Shown here piece after piece: positions 1 to 7,384 of a DNA stretch of 41,955 bases (position 1 is the first letter of the stretch; the number at the start of each line of letters is the position of its first letter). The stretch spans positions 1 to 41,955 of IMG/VR virus record IMGVR_UViG_3300016482_000022; one strand, given 5' to 3'. This DNA is from a virus (lineage: Duplodnaviria > Caudoviricetes). A model generated the notes under the pieces. That model was not told the origin of the DNA. It did no database searches and saw nothing but the letters and a program-made list of their open reading frames with translations. Position numbers and translations under genes: made by a program.

Positions 1-1319
1 ACCAGATCATCATCAACGAGTATGACCTGCAACTAGCCCGCGAAGCCGTGGCCGGTTTCGGTTCGCTCGACACCAAGCGCCCGACCGCCTGGCAGCAGTA
101 CGGATATAGCACAAATCCCACGTTTGCCGAGATGCTGCAAGCCTATGAGCGCCACCCGGCGGCCCATGGCGCGGTGCATCGGCTGCTAGACAAGTGCTGG
201 CAGAGCCTGCCTCGCATCAAGAGCCCGGCAAGCGACGAAGAAACACCGTGGGAGAAGCGGGTAAATGCTGTCCTGCGCAGCACCCAGGCATGGGCCAAGC
301 TGCGCGACCTGGATCGCCGCAACATGGTGGGCCGCTATGCGGCTCTCATCTACCGCGTGGCAGATGGCAAGAGCCTGCGAGAGCCGCTGGACCGTGCATC
401 GCGTCTGGTGGACCTGGTGCCGCTGTACGAGGATCAGTTGCGCGTAACAATGTGGGACAGCGACACGACCAGCGCCAGATACGGCCAGCCGCTGATGTTC
501 CAATACCAGAGCCGCCGGGTGACGACTGGCGACAACCAGGGCCAGCCCATCGAGTGGGCAGACGTGCATCCGAGCCGAGTGCAGATCCTTGCAGAGGGTA
601 GCGTGGGCGATATGTTCGACGGTGTGCCGATGTTGCGCGCCGGGTTCAACGCCTTGGTGGACCTTGAGAAGATCAGCGGCGGAAGCGGTGAAAGCTTCCT
701 GAAGAACAGCGCGCGCACCCTGGTATTCCAGTACGACCGCGACACAGCAGTGCAGGCCATCGGCGAGAACGGCGAGCGCGTTAGCGTGCGCCAGGCCCAC
801 GAGGAGCAGGCTAGAGCGCTGAACCGAAACCAGGATTCGTCAATCGTAATGCAAGGCGGCACGGCATCGACGCTGCAAACCTCGACGCATGATCCGGAGC
901 CGTCGTTCATGGTGGCGGCGAACCTTTTCGCCGCTTCTGTGCGCATCCCTTTTACCCTCCTGTTCGGCCAGCAGACCGGAAGGCTGGCCAGCGACGAGGA
1001 CAAGGCCGACTTTGCAGCGCGAGCCAAGTCCCGCCAGGTCAACGAGCTGACGCCGATGCTTGAGCAGTTTGTACGCCGTATGCAGGCCGCTGGCATCATC
1101 GAGCCGGGTGAGTTTGAAATCGAATGGCCGGATGTTGCAGCACCCAGCGAGAAAGAAAAGGTTGAGCTGCTCAAGGCTTACACAGCCGCTATGCGCGAGG
1201 CGTTTGGGGCTGGTGTGCAAGGTCTTTTCGAGCCTGACGAGCTGCGCCGGGTTGTCGGGTTCGAGCCGCTGCAAAATGATGGGATGCCGACTGAGGGTGA
1301 CGCACCAAGCGCGCTGTAA
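1..1319 (+). CDS. Portal protein (DUF1073-like); true start is probably ATG 41952 across the circular junction
   Basis: Follows the terminase large subunit. ATG(41952-41954)+A(41955)+AC(1-2) reads MNQIIINEYDLQLAREAVAGFGSLDTKRP, in frame with ORF 48..1319. Motifs LVDLEKISGGSGESFLKN and IPFTLLFGQQTGRLASDED are typical of this portal type. Confidence 0.88.
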   Translation, partial: QIIINEYDLQLAREAVAGFGSLDTKRPTAWQQYGYSTNPTFAEMLQAYERHPAAHGAVHRLLDKCWQSLPRIKSPASDEETPWEKRVNAVLRSTQAWAKLRDLDRRNMVGRYAALIYRVADGKSLREPLDRASRLVDLVPLYEDQLRVTMWDSDTTSARYGQPLMFQYQSRRVTTGDNQGQPIEWADVHPSRVQILAEGSVGDMFDGVPMLRAGFNALVDLEKISGGSGESFLKNSARTLVFQYDRDTAVQAIGENGERVSVRQAHEEQARALNRNQDSSIVMQGGTASTLQTSTHDPEPSFMVAANLFAASVRIPFTLLFGQQTGRLASDEDKADFAARAKSRQVNELTPMLEQFVRRMQAAGIIEPGEFEIEWPDVAAPSEKEKVELLKAYTAAMREAFGAGVQGLFEPDELRRVVGFEPLQNDGMPTEGDAPSAL

Positions 1320-1321
1320 GG

Positions 1322-1425
1322 TGCTATGATGAAGTCTCCGGGCTAGGCTTGCTACCGAACGGCGGACTAGTTCACCGCTTGCCCGGAGCTACTTTTTGAA
1401 CTGCCTTTGAACCAAGGATGACGAT
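1322..1425 (+). promoter_or_regulatory. Extended -10 promoter plus structured leader RNA (family 1, copy a)
   Basis: TGCTATGAT 1322-1330. Stem CTCCGGGC/GCCCGGAG encloses TAGGCTTGCTACCGAAC and a hairpin whose loop AGTTCA is complementary to TGAAC repeats before the AAGGA ribosome-binding site. Confidence 0.65.
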
Positions 1426-2280
1426 ATGGAACAGAAATTTGTGACGTTGCCGCGTGAGGTGGTGGAGCAAGCGCTGGAGGCGTTGATAAATGAAGGTGAA
1501 TTCAGAAAACTCCTGAAGCCCTTGATTGAAAAATCAATTGACTCAATACGCGCAGCACTGGAGCAGCCGAAAAACCATATCGGGCAGCACCTCGGAATGG
1601 TTCCAGCGGGATGGAAGCTGGTGCCGGTGGAGCCGAATGAGGCCATGCATCGGGCCGCTGTGCGAACCGTTGTGCATTGTACCGGCAACGACGACTTTCC
1701 GCCTGCGGTTTACCGCGCCATGCTCGACGCAGCGCCGCAGCCGCCAACTACCGAGGATTCCTCGGTAGTTCAGCCGCAAGCCAATCAACCAGCCTTGACG
1801 CCAGTCTCGCAGCGCAAGCTGGACTCCCTGCTAACCGAAGGCTACACGATCAGCGGCTACTCGATCTACCACAAGCAGAAGCACCAGCACGGATTTGTCA
1901 CTGGCTCCGGATTGGTGGGGTGGTGGAAGCCTGAGGGTGTGGAGTATCCGCAGCCGCAAGTCGAGCAAGAGCCGGTGGCTTTTTGCCATGTTGGAGATGT
2001 TGTTGTGTGCGATAACGACTCACTACTCAGGCAGCTCGGCGTGAAACGGAGCGACAAGCTCTACCTACACCCGCAGGACCTGAATTGCAAGTCAAAGCAA
2101 GCACTACTGGCTACGCTGTGGGGCTACACGAAAGAGCAACCCAAGCGCCCCCCGCTAACGGATGAGCAGATCGACGCCATCGCCGACGCGATGCCGGGTG
2201 GCCTGGAAGGATTCCTGAAGGGCTGGGGATGGAGGCAATTTGCCCGCGCGGTCATTGAGGCTACCCACAACATCAAATAA
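1426..2280 (+). CDS. Accessory (moron-like) mosaic protein, Ea22/Eaa-style
   Basis: Own promoter, RBS and terminator inside the head operon. Modular motifs ALEQP, GWKLVPVEP, EPVA and PLTDEQI are common in variable phage early proteins. Confidence 0.7.
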   Translation: MEQKFVTLPREVVEQALEALINEGEFRKLLKPLIEKSIDSIRAALEQPKNHIGQHLGMVPAGWKLVPVEPNEAMHRAAVRTVVHCTGNDDFPPAVYRAMLDAAPQPPTTEDSSVVQPQANQPALTPVSQRKLDSLLTEGYTISGYSIYHKQKHQHGFVTGSGLVGWWKPEGVEYPQPQVEQEPVAFCHVGDVVVCDNDSLLRQLGVKRSDKLYLHPQDLNCKSKQALLATLWGYTKEQPKRPPLTDEQIDAIADAMPGGLEGFLKGWGWRQFARAVIEATHNIK

Positions 2281-2285
2281 CAACC

Positions 2286-2307
2286 AGCCCCAGCAATGGG
2301 GCTTTTT
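2286..2307 (+). terminator. Intrinsic terminator
   Basis: AGCCCCA-GCAA-TGGGGCT followed by TTTT, just after the 2280 stop. Confidence 0.75.
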
Positions 2308-2310
2308 CTC

Positions 2311-3231
2311 ATGGCAAGCAATCCAATAATCCCCAGCCCCAACAACGACCGCACCGGCACCCTGCCCATCTTGCGCCGTGCCGTGCGCGAGATCAACCGA
2401 CGCTGGGCCGGGTTGCAAGCCGATGTGTTGGCAGCGTTTAACGCCATCCCGGCCTACGCCATCAACGCGGGTGGGACGGTTGATCTGTACCGCTATGGCC
2501 TAACAGCCGATCAAATGTCGCGCCTGTCTTCCGAGCTGCAATCAGCTGTTGAGAGGTGGATAGCGGACGGACGAGATCCGGCTAACATGTTCTGGTGGAG
2601 TCAGTACGTGAGCGAATCCGCGCAGCTAGGCACCGCGCAGTCGGTCGCCAATCTCTCGCAGCTATCGCCAGCCTATGCTGCCGCGCGCAGTATTGAGTCC
2701 GCCATCTACAGCGAACCCTACGTGCAGCGCCTGGCAGTGGCTCAGTTCAAGTCGTACGAGCACTGGACAGGCCTTGCTGCCGCTCAAAAGTCCGAACTTG
2801 CGCAGGTGATCGGGCGGGCGGTGACTGACGGCAAGAATCCGCGCGCCATCACCGACGAGATCAAGACTCGGCTTGGTGTGAGTCTAAGCAAGGCAAAACA
2901 ATACGGGCAAACGGACATTACCGATACGCTGAGACAAGCCCGCTGGGTCGAGTCAGAGCAGGCGCAACAGGATTTCGGGATCAAGATCGGGCTGTTGTGG
3001 ACCTCGGCGCTGTTGCCAACCACGAGGCCGAGCCATGCAGCGAAGCATGGGCGCATCATGACAGCAGCAGCCGTGAAGGAGTTTTACAATCGTGATGGCA
3101 ACAGGTACAACTGCCACTGCAGCCAGACCGAGGCGCTGCTAGACACCGACGGCAAGCCTATTTTGACACCCAAGCTCAAGGCCAAGATGCAGGGTGAAAA
3201 ATTGAAGTGGGACGCTGAGAATCCTCAGTAG
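2311..3231 (+). CDS. Head morphogenesis protein (SPP1 gp7 / Mu gpF family)
   Basis: Position after the portal; C-terminal WTSALLPTTRPSHA...NRYNCHCS signature; likely start MASNPIIP at 2311. Confidence 0.85.
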   Translation: MASNPIIPSPNNDRTGTLPILRRAVREINRRWAGLQADVLAAFNAIPAYAINAGGTVDLYRYGLTADQMSRLSSELQSAVERWIADGRDPANMFWWSQYVSESAQLGTAQSVANLSQLSPAYAAARSIESAIYSEPYVQRLAVAQFKSYEHWTGLAAAQKSELAQVIGRAVTDGKNPRAITDEIKTRLGVSLSKAKQYGQTDITDTLRQARWVESEQAQQDFGIKIGLLWTSALLPTTRPSHAAKHGRIMTAAAVKEFYNRDGNRYNCHCSQTEALLDTDGKPILTPKLKAKMQGEKLKWDAENPQ

Positions 3232-3243
3232 TTGCGGTATACT
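3215..3243 (+). promoter_or_regulatory. Sigma70-like promoter for the non-coding unit
   Basis: CTGAGA (3215-3220), 17-nt spacer, TATACT (3238-3243). Confidence 0.55.
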
Positions 3244-3558
3244 GGATGCGCTGCTTGATGCAGTGTCATCATCAAACCGGAATGCGCAGGCTGATGCGCA
3301 GATTGCGGCGCTCGTACCCATTAGGCCCGCTGAAACAGAACGAGAGAGTACAAGCCGGAGATCAGCGCCGGCCCGGTTTGATGATGGTTAGCGCGAGATG
3401 CAGGTCTTAGCCGCCTGCAAAGAGAGTGAGTTGTGATCTTTAAGCATGCAATGGTGCTTTATCCAGGCTGGCGCTGATCATCACCATCACGCATGGGGCT
3501 GCAATCGGGAGAGCTGCCGGTGACCAACACTCATATCGAGTGAACCGGCCCCAGCCGT

Positions 3559-3666
3559 GATGGTGTAGCTCAGTGGGTAGAGTATGCGAACGGATACAGG
3601 AGATGCGGGAGGAAATGCCTGCAATACCCCGACAATTCGGCGCTTGTTCAAGTCCGGCCATCACCA
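3559..3666 (+). ncRNA. tRNA-like element (D arm, T-loop, ACCA end; no canonical anticodon arm)
   Basis: GATGGTG-TA-GCTC-AGTGGGTA-GAGT ... GCTTG-TTCAAGT-CCGGC-CATC-ACCA; about 55 nt replace the anticodon arm. Confidence 0.6.
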
Positions 3667-3960
3667 ACTATTTCGGGCGGTAACCAGTCGGTGCACATGC
3701 ACAGTTAGTAGCTGTAGGAGCATAATCGGGAGAGCGCCAACGCTCCATTGGTCTGCGGGTGTTAGAGTCCCCCTACCGTCCACCATCAATCATCACGCAT
3801 GTAATCTGAAGGAAATCTAGGGATAACGTCCTAGACACTGCCAGGGAAGAGGAAGTACGTAGGCGTACGGTAGATTACATACTTGATGGTTACAAGCCAA
3901 GCTACAGATCGGTTCGCCGGTTGATGTTTGGCGCCATAAAATTCAACCAAGGACTTAAAA

Positions 3961-4095
3961 ATGCTTTTCTGGCTTCTGCGCTTACTTGCAGTCGCCGTAA
4001 CGCTGAAGCAACAGTTCCAGAGCGGCGGGCACCCGGAGGCGTGCCATTGTAAGCCAAACGATAAGCCGGAACAAAAGCACAGTGGGTACGGTTAG
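3961..4095 (+). CDS. Possible 44-aa peptide with hydrophobic N-terminus
   Basis: AAGGA upstream of ATG 3961; MLFWLLRLLAVAVTLKQQ...HSGYG. It overlaps a predicted RNA stem, so coding status is uncertain. Confidence 0.3.
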   Translation: MLFWLLRLLAVAVTLKQQFQSGGHPEACHCKPNDKPEQKHSGYG

Positions 4096-4120
4096 TGACA
4101 ATCGTTCAAACTCTGGAATC

Positions 4121-4149
4121 AAGCCCTGACTCACACTCAGGGCTTTTTT
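4121..4149 (+). terminator. Intrinsic terminator closing the non-coding unit
   Basis: AAGCCCTGA-CTCACAC-TCAGGGCTT followed by TTTT. Confidence 0.8.
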
Positions 4150-4165
4150 GTGCGCGCCATGCATT

Positions 4166-4176
4166 CTCCCTATCAT
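4166..4176 (+). promoter_or_regulatory. Putative late promoter motif CTCCCTANCAT
   Basis: CTCCCTATCAT, 6 nt before ATG 4183; the same motif precedes three other structural genes. Confidence 0.7.
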
Positions 4177-4182
4177 GGCCGC

Positions 4183-5490
4183 ATGACCTCAAAACGCGTC
4201 CACATCCTGAGCGTCGTCAACGCTGGCAACGTCAGCAAGGACGGCAGTACCTACACAATCCGCGATGTCGTCGGCGCTGTCGATGATATCGTCATGAACA
4301 GCCGACTCTACCCGGCTGACCAGCTCAAGGCCGCAGCTGCTACGCTCGAAGGCAAGCCAGCACCGGCAGGCCACCCGAAGAACTCGGCAGGACAGGCTAT
4401 CTCAGCGCTGAACGGCGAGGCCTTGGCAAGCGCCTGGATCGGCTCCTATGTCCGCAATGCTCGCCATGAAGCAGGCCGCACCATCGCCGACGTAGTAGTC
4501 AACGAAGCCCAGGCCAGAGCGCACCCTGACGGCGCAAAGCTGATCGAGCGATTGGACGCTGCCATTGCAGGCAATAACGCCGAGCCAATCCACGTCTCTA
4601 CCGGCCTGATGATGGACCCCATCATTGCCAATGGCGAGTCTCGCGGCAAGAAGTACAGCTCTATCGTCACCAATATCCGTTACGACCATCTGGCGATCCT
4701 GCTGAATGAGCAGGGCGCTGCCACTCCGGAGCAGGGCGTCGGGATGTTTCTCAATGCCGCCGGAGAGTCTGAGCAAGTCGAGGAGGTTACCATCAACACC
4801 GAACCAGAGGACAAACGAAGCGCCGGCCTGATAGGCTGGATCAAGCGCCTGATTGGCAATGAGTCCGATATGTCGTTTGACCAGATCAGCGACAAGCTGC
4901 GAAATGCGCTGCCGGCCAATTCCTGGCTGCGCGAGGTCTATTCCAAATATGTGATCTACGTCACGGAGGCGCCTGGTCGTGATGCAGCGTACTACCGGCA
5001 GGATTACGCCATTGATTCGGCGGGCTCCGTATCATTGCTCGGAAGCCCGGTAGAAGTCACTCGCCGGGTCGAGTACAAACCCGTCGAAACGAATTCTGAA
5101 AGGACCGACGCAGTGAAACAAAGCATCGTCGCCGCGCTCAACCAAGCCGGCATCAACTCTGACGGCATGGACGAGTCCGCGCTGCTGTCGGCCTACAACG
5201 CGCTGATCACCAAACCGCAAGTCGAAGCCATGAACGCCGTCAACGCCAAGCTGGCCGAGATGGAAGCCGGCGCAAAAGCTGCAGAAGCTGCCGAGCTGGA
5301 AAAGCTGGCCGCACAGATTGCGGTCAATTCTCTGTTGACCGTCGCTGATCTGAAGGCGCTTGGCCTCAAGCGCCTGCAAGAGATCAACGCAGCCGCCCAG
5401 GGCGCCGCCCCGGTCCTGACCAGCAGCAGCGCAACCAAAACCGCCAGCGAGTTCGCCGGCTACAGCATCAACCAACATTTGGAGGCCTAA
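4183..5490 (+). CDS. Prohead protease / scaffold (DUF2213-like)
   Basis: Upstream of the decoration and capsid genes; motifs PAGHP, IHVSTGL, YDHLAILLNEQGAATPEQGVG; Ala-rich helical C-terminus. Confidence 0.82.
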   Translation: MTSKRVHILSVVNAGNVSKDGSTYTIRDVVGAVDDIVMNSRLYPADQLKAAAATLEGKPAPAGHPKNSAGQAISALNGEALASAWIGSYVRNARHEAGRTIADVVVNEAQARAHPDGAKLIERLDAAIAGNNAEPIHVSTGLMMDPIIANGESRGKKYSSIVTNIRYDHLAILLNEQGAATPEQGVGMFLNAAGESEQVEEVTINTEPEDKRSAGLIGWIKRLIGNESDMSFDQISDKLRNALPANSWLREVYSKYVIYVTEAPGRDAAYYRQDYAIDSAGSVSLLGSPVEVTRRVEYKPVETNSERTDAVKQSIVAALNQAGINSDGMDESALLSAYNALITKPQVEAMNAVNAKLAEMEAGAKAAEAAELEKLAAQIAVNSLLTVADLKALGLKRLQEINAAAQGAAPVLTSSSATKTASEFAGYSINQHLEA

Positions 5491-5493
5491 GCA

Positions 5494-5934
5494 ATGGCTA
5501 ACCGCATTTTCCGTGGCAAGTCTGAAAAGACCGTCAGCAACAAGACCGTGGCCGGCGCTTACCTGCCGGGCACCTTCGTTACCGAGGGCGCTTCGACCCT
5601 GACCCAAGCCACCGCCCCGGCTGGCCTGCTGCGAGTTCTCGCCAACCGAGACTGGTACAGCGACGGCGGCCTGACCGCAACCGATCCGCTGCTGACCGCC
5701 TACGCATCCGGCGACACAGCCGACGCCTACGCCATCGAGCCGGGCTATGTCTTCCAGTGCGCCGCTGCTGCTGCGACCTACACCTTCGGTCAGGAACTGA
5801 CCATCGGTGCTGGTGGCCGCGTGACCGCCGCCGCATCTGGCGACCTGGTAATCGGCTTCGCTCGCACCGCTGGTGCCAAGAATGCCGGTGACCTGATCGA
5901 TGTCGAGATCGCCAACTTCTACGTCAAGGCCTAA
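5494..5934 (+). CDS. Head decoration / capsid cement protein
   Basis: 146-aa Ala/Gly/Thr-rich beta-type protein between the protease and major capsid genes. Confidence 0.7.
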   Translation: MANRIFRGKSEKTVSNKTVAGAYLPGTFVTEGASTLTQATAPAGLLRVLANRDWYSDGGLTATDPLLTAYASGDTADAYAIEPGYVFQCAAAAATYTFGQELTIGAGGRVTAAASGDLVIGFARTAGAKNAGDLIDVEIANFYVKA

Positions 5935-5960
5935 GGCCTGATAAACCGGAGCAAACAAAC

Positions 5961-6953
5961 ATGCTGAAATTCACCCCCGCGCAAGAGCTGGCCGTCAACG
6001 CGGCCCGCGAGTCGTTCAACGCAACCATGACCGCCATCGCTGCTCAGAATTCCCTGGTCGGCAACGCTGCACCGATCCCGCTCGACGCCTGGCGCCGAGT
6101 TGACCAGCGCGGTGCCATGATCCAGCGCGACGTGCTGGCCGTTTTCAACCGCCTGGCTGCATCGAGCCAAACCCCGGTCGGCGTCGGCGACATCGTGAAC
6201 TTCTACCCGCAGATCAGCGACAGCGGCGAAGTCCATGTGTCGATGGACGGTCGCAGCGAAGGCTTGGCTGACCAGGCGGACGTGAAGTACGTCGGCACCC
6301 CGGTTCCGGTGTTCGACTCCTACGCGCGCATGGGCTGGCGTCAAATGGAGACCATCCGCAAATCCGGCGGCGGTCTGGACATCGACACCATCGCCAATCA
6401 CCAGCGCAGGGTCGCCGAGAAGCTCGAAGACGTGGTGCTCAACGGCATGCCCAGCATCGTCGTTGGCGGCAACACCATCTACGGCTTGCGCACTTTCCCG
6501 CAGCGCTCGACCGACACCACTGGCCTAACCCTGAAATCCTCGACCGGCGCTCAGTGGCTGGCTGCTTTCGAGAAACTCATCAACTCGCTGATCGGTGACA
6601 ACGCATTCGGTCGCGTGACGGTGTTCCTGAACTACGGCGACTACGTGTACGCCAGCATCAACGAGTTCACCGCCGGCTACCCCAAGACCATCCTTCAGCG
6701 CCTGCAGGAAATCGGCCAGATCGCCGAAATCGTCCCGGCTGCGAAAGTCCCGGCAAACGAGGTGATCGGCATCGCTGGCCTGGCCACTGGTGAATGGGGC
6801 TCGATCCTGCAAGCCATGCCGCTGGTGACCCGCCCCAAGGCTCGCAGCAACCCGGAAGACGATTACGTCTTTGGCGTGCTGGCAATGGCCGCCCCGCAGT
6901 TCCGCGCGGACTACGAAGGCCGCAGCCAGATCGCTCACCTGACCCAAGCCTGA
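5961..6953 (+). CDS. Major capsid protein
   Basis: 330 aa, position in head operon, strong codon bias, EDVVLNG...IYGLRTFP motif of HK97-fold coat proteins. Confidence 0.85.
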   Translation: MLKFTPAQELAVNAARESFNATMTAIAAQNSLVGNAAPIPLDAWRRVDQRGAMIQRDVLAVFNRLAASSQTPVGVGDIVNFYPQISDSGEVHVSMDGRSEGLADQADVKYVGTPVPVFDSYARMGWRQMETIRKSGGGLDIDTIANHQRRVAEKLEDVVLNGMPSIVVGGNTIYGLRTFPQRSTDTTGLTLKSSTGAQWLAAFEKLINSLIGDNAFGRVTVFLNYGDYVYASINEFTAGYPKTILQRLQEIGQIAEIVPAAKVPANEVIGIAGLATGEWGSILQAMPLVTRPKARSNPEDDYVFGVLAMAAPQFRADYEGRSQIAHLTQA

Positions 6954-6955
6954 TC

Positions 6956-7237
6956 ATGAAACTGACCATTACGCACCTCAAGGCCCCGTGGCCTGCTGGC
7001 GCTGTGGTCGGCGGCGTGATCGAACTCGCCAACGTTCCCGCCTGGGCCGTTGGCAAGTGCGTTCCGGCTGCCGATGATGCTGAGGTGACTGTTGGCGTGA
7101 AGCCTGCAACCGCCGAGGCCGAATCCGAGCCGTCGATTGATGACCTGCGCGCACAAGCTGCCGCGCTGGGTCTGAAAGTTGATGGCCGCTGGTCGCGTGA
7201 GCGGCTGGCCGATGAAATTGCGAAGGCACAAGGCTAA
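6956..7237 (+). CDS. Small head-associated protein with C-terminal helical (HeH/SAP-like) motif
   Basis: ATG 3 nt after the capsid stop; DDLRAQAAALGLKVDGRWSRERLADEI motif is often found after capsid genes. Confidence 0.7.
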   Translation: MKLTITHLKAPWPAGAVVGGVIELANVPAWAVGKCVPAADDAEVTVGVKPATAEAESEPSIDDLRAQAAALGLKVDGRWSRERLADEIAKAQG

Positions 7238-7240
7238 CCA

Positions 7241-7384
7241 ATGATCTGCGAAAACACCATCAGCGCCGGCTTTTACTTCATGGCTGGAAAAACATTGTTT
7301 GATGTTGCCATGGTTTTTGCCGTGCTGTTGGTGTGTTGCCTGGTTTGGATTTCAGCCGAGCTGATCGGAAGGAAAAAGAAATGA
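7241..7384 (+). CDS. 47-aa predicted membrane peptide (not in ORF track)
   Basis: MICENTISAGFYFMAGKTLFDVAMVFAVLLVCCLVWISAELIGRKKK; fills the gap exactly and overlaps the next start (ATGA 7381-7384). Confidence 0.6.
   Translation: MICENTISAGFYFMAGKTLFDVAMVFAVLLVCCLVWISAELIGRKKK

Larger units (their letters stand above)
3250..4120 (+). ncRNA. Cluster of structured, partly tRNA-like non-coding RNA domains
   Basis: About 900 nt with no long credible ORF. Long closing stems at 3267-3386, 3383-3482, 3482-3565, 3675-3781, 3791-3888 and 4014-4119. Three domains end in ACCA. Bounded by a promoter and a terminator. Confidence 0.7.

Noticed and set aside
3559-3666. Canonical tRNA gene
   Set aside because: No 5-bp/7-nt anticodon arm can be placed and the acceptor/T stems do not fit the 7+5 pattern; reported as tRNA-like instead.
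3440-3820. ORF-track ORFs 3440-3667 (-) and 3584-3820 (+)
   Set aside because: No convincing RBS or protein features; better explained as chance frames over structured RNA.
3500-3860. CsrA/RsmA sponge RNA
   Set aside because: GGA triplets are fairly frequent, but few sit as ANGGA in short hairpin loops; not distinguishable from chance by eye.
3250-4120. CRISPR array or mini-array
   Set aside because: Repeats are short (11-12 nt), irregularly spaced and mostly inverted; no repeat-spacer periodicity and no cas genes.
5032-5958. Long antisense ORFs (for example 5032-5958, 434-1174, 32942-33835)
   Set aside because: Shadow frames of GC-rich, codon-biased genes on the other strand; no motifs or RBS.
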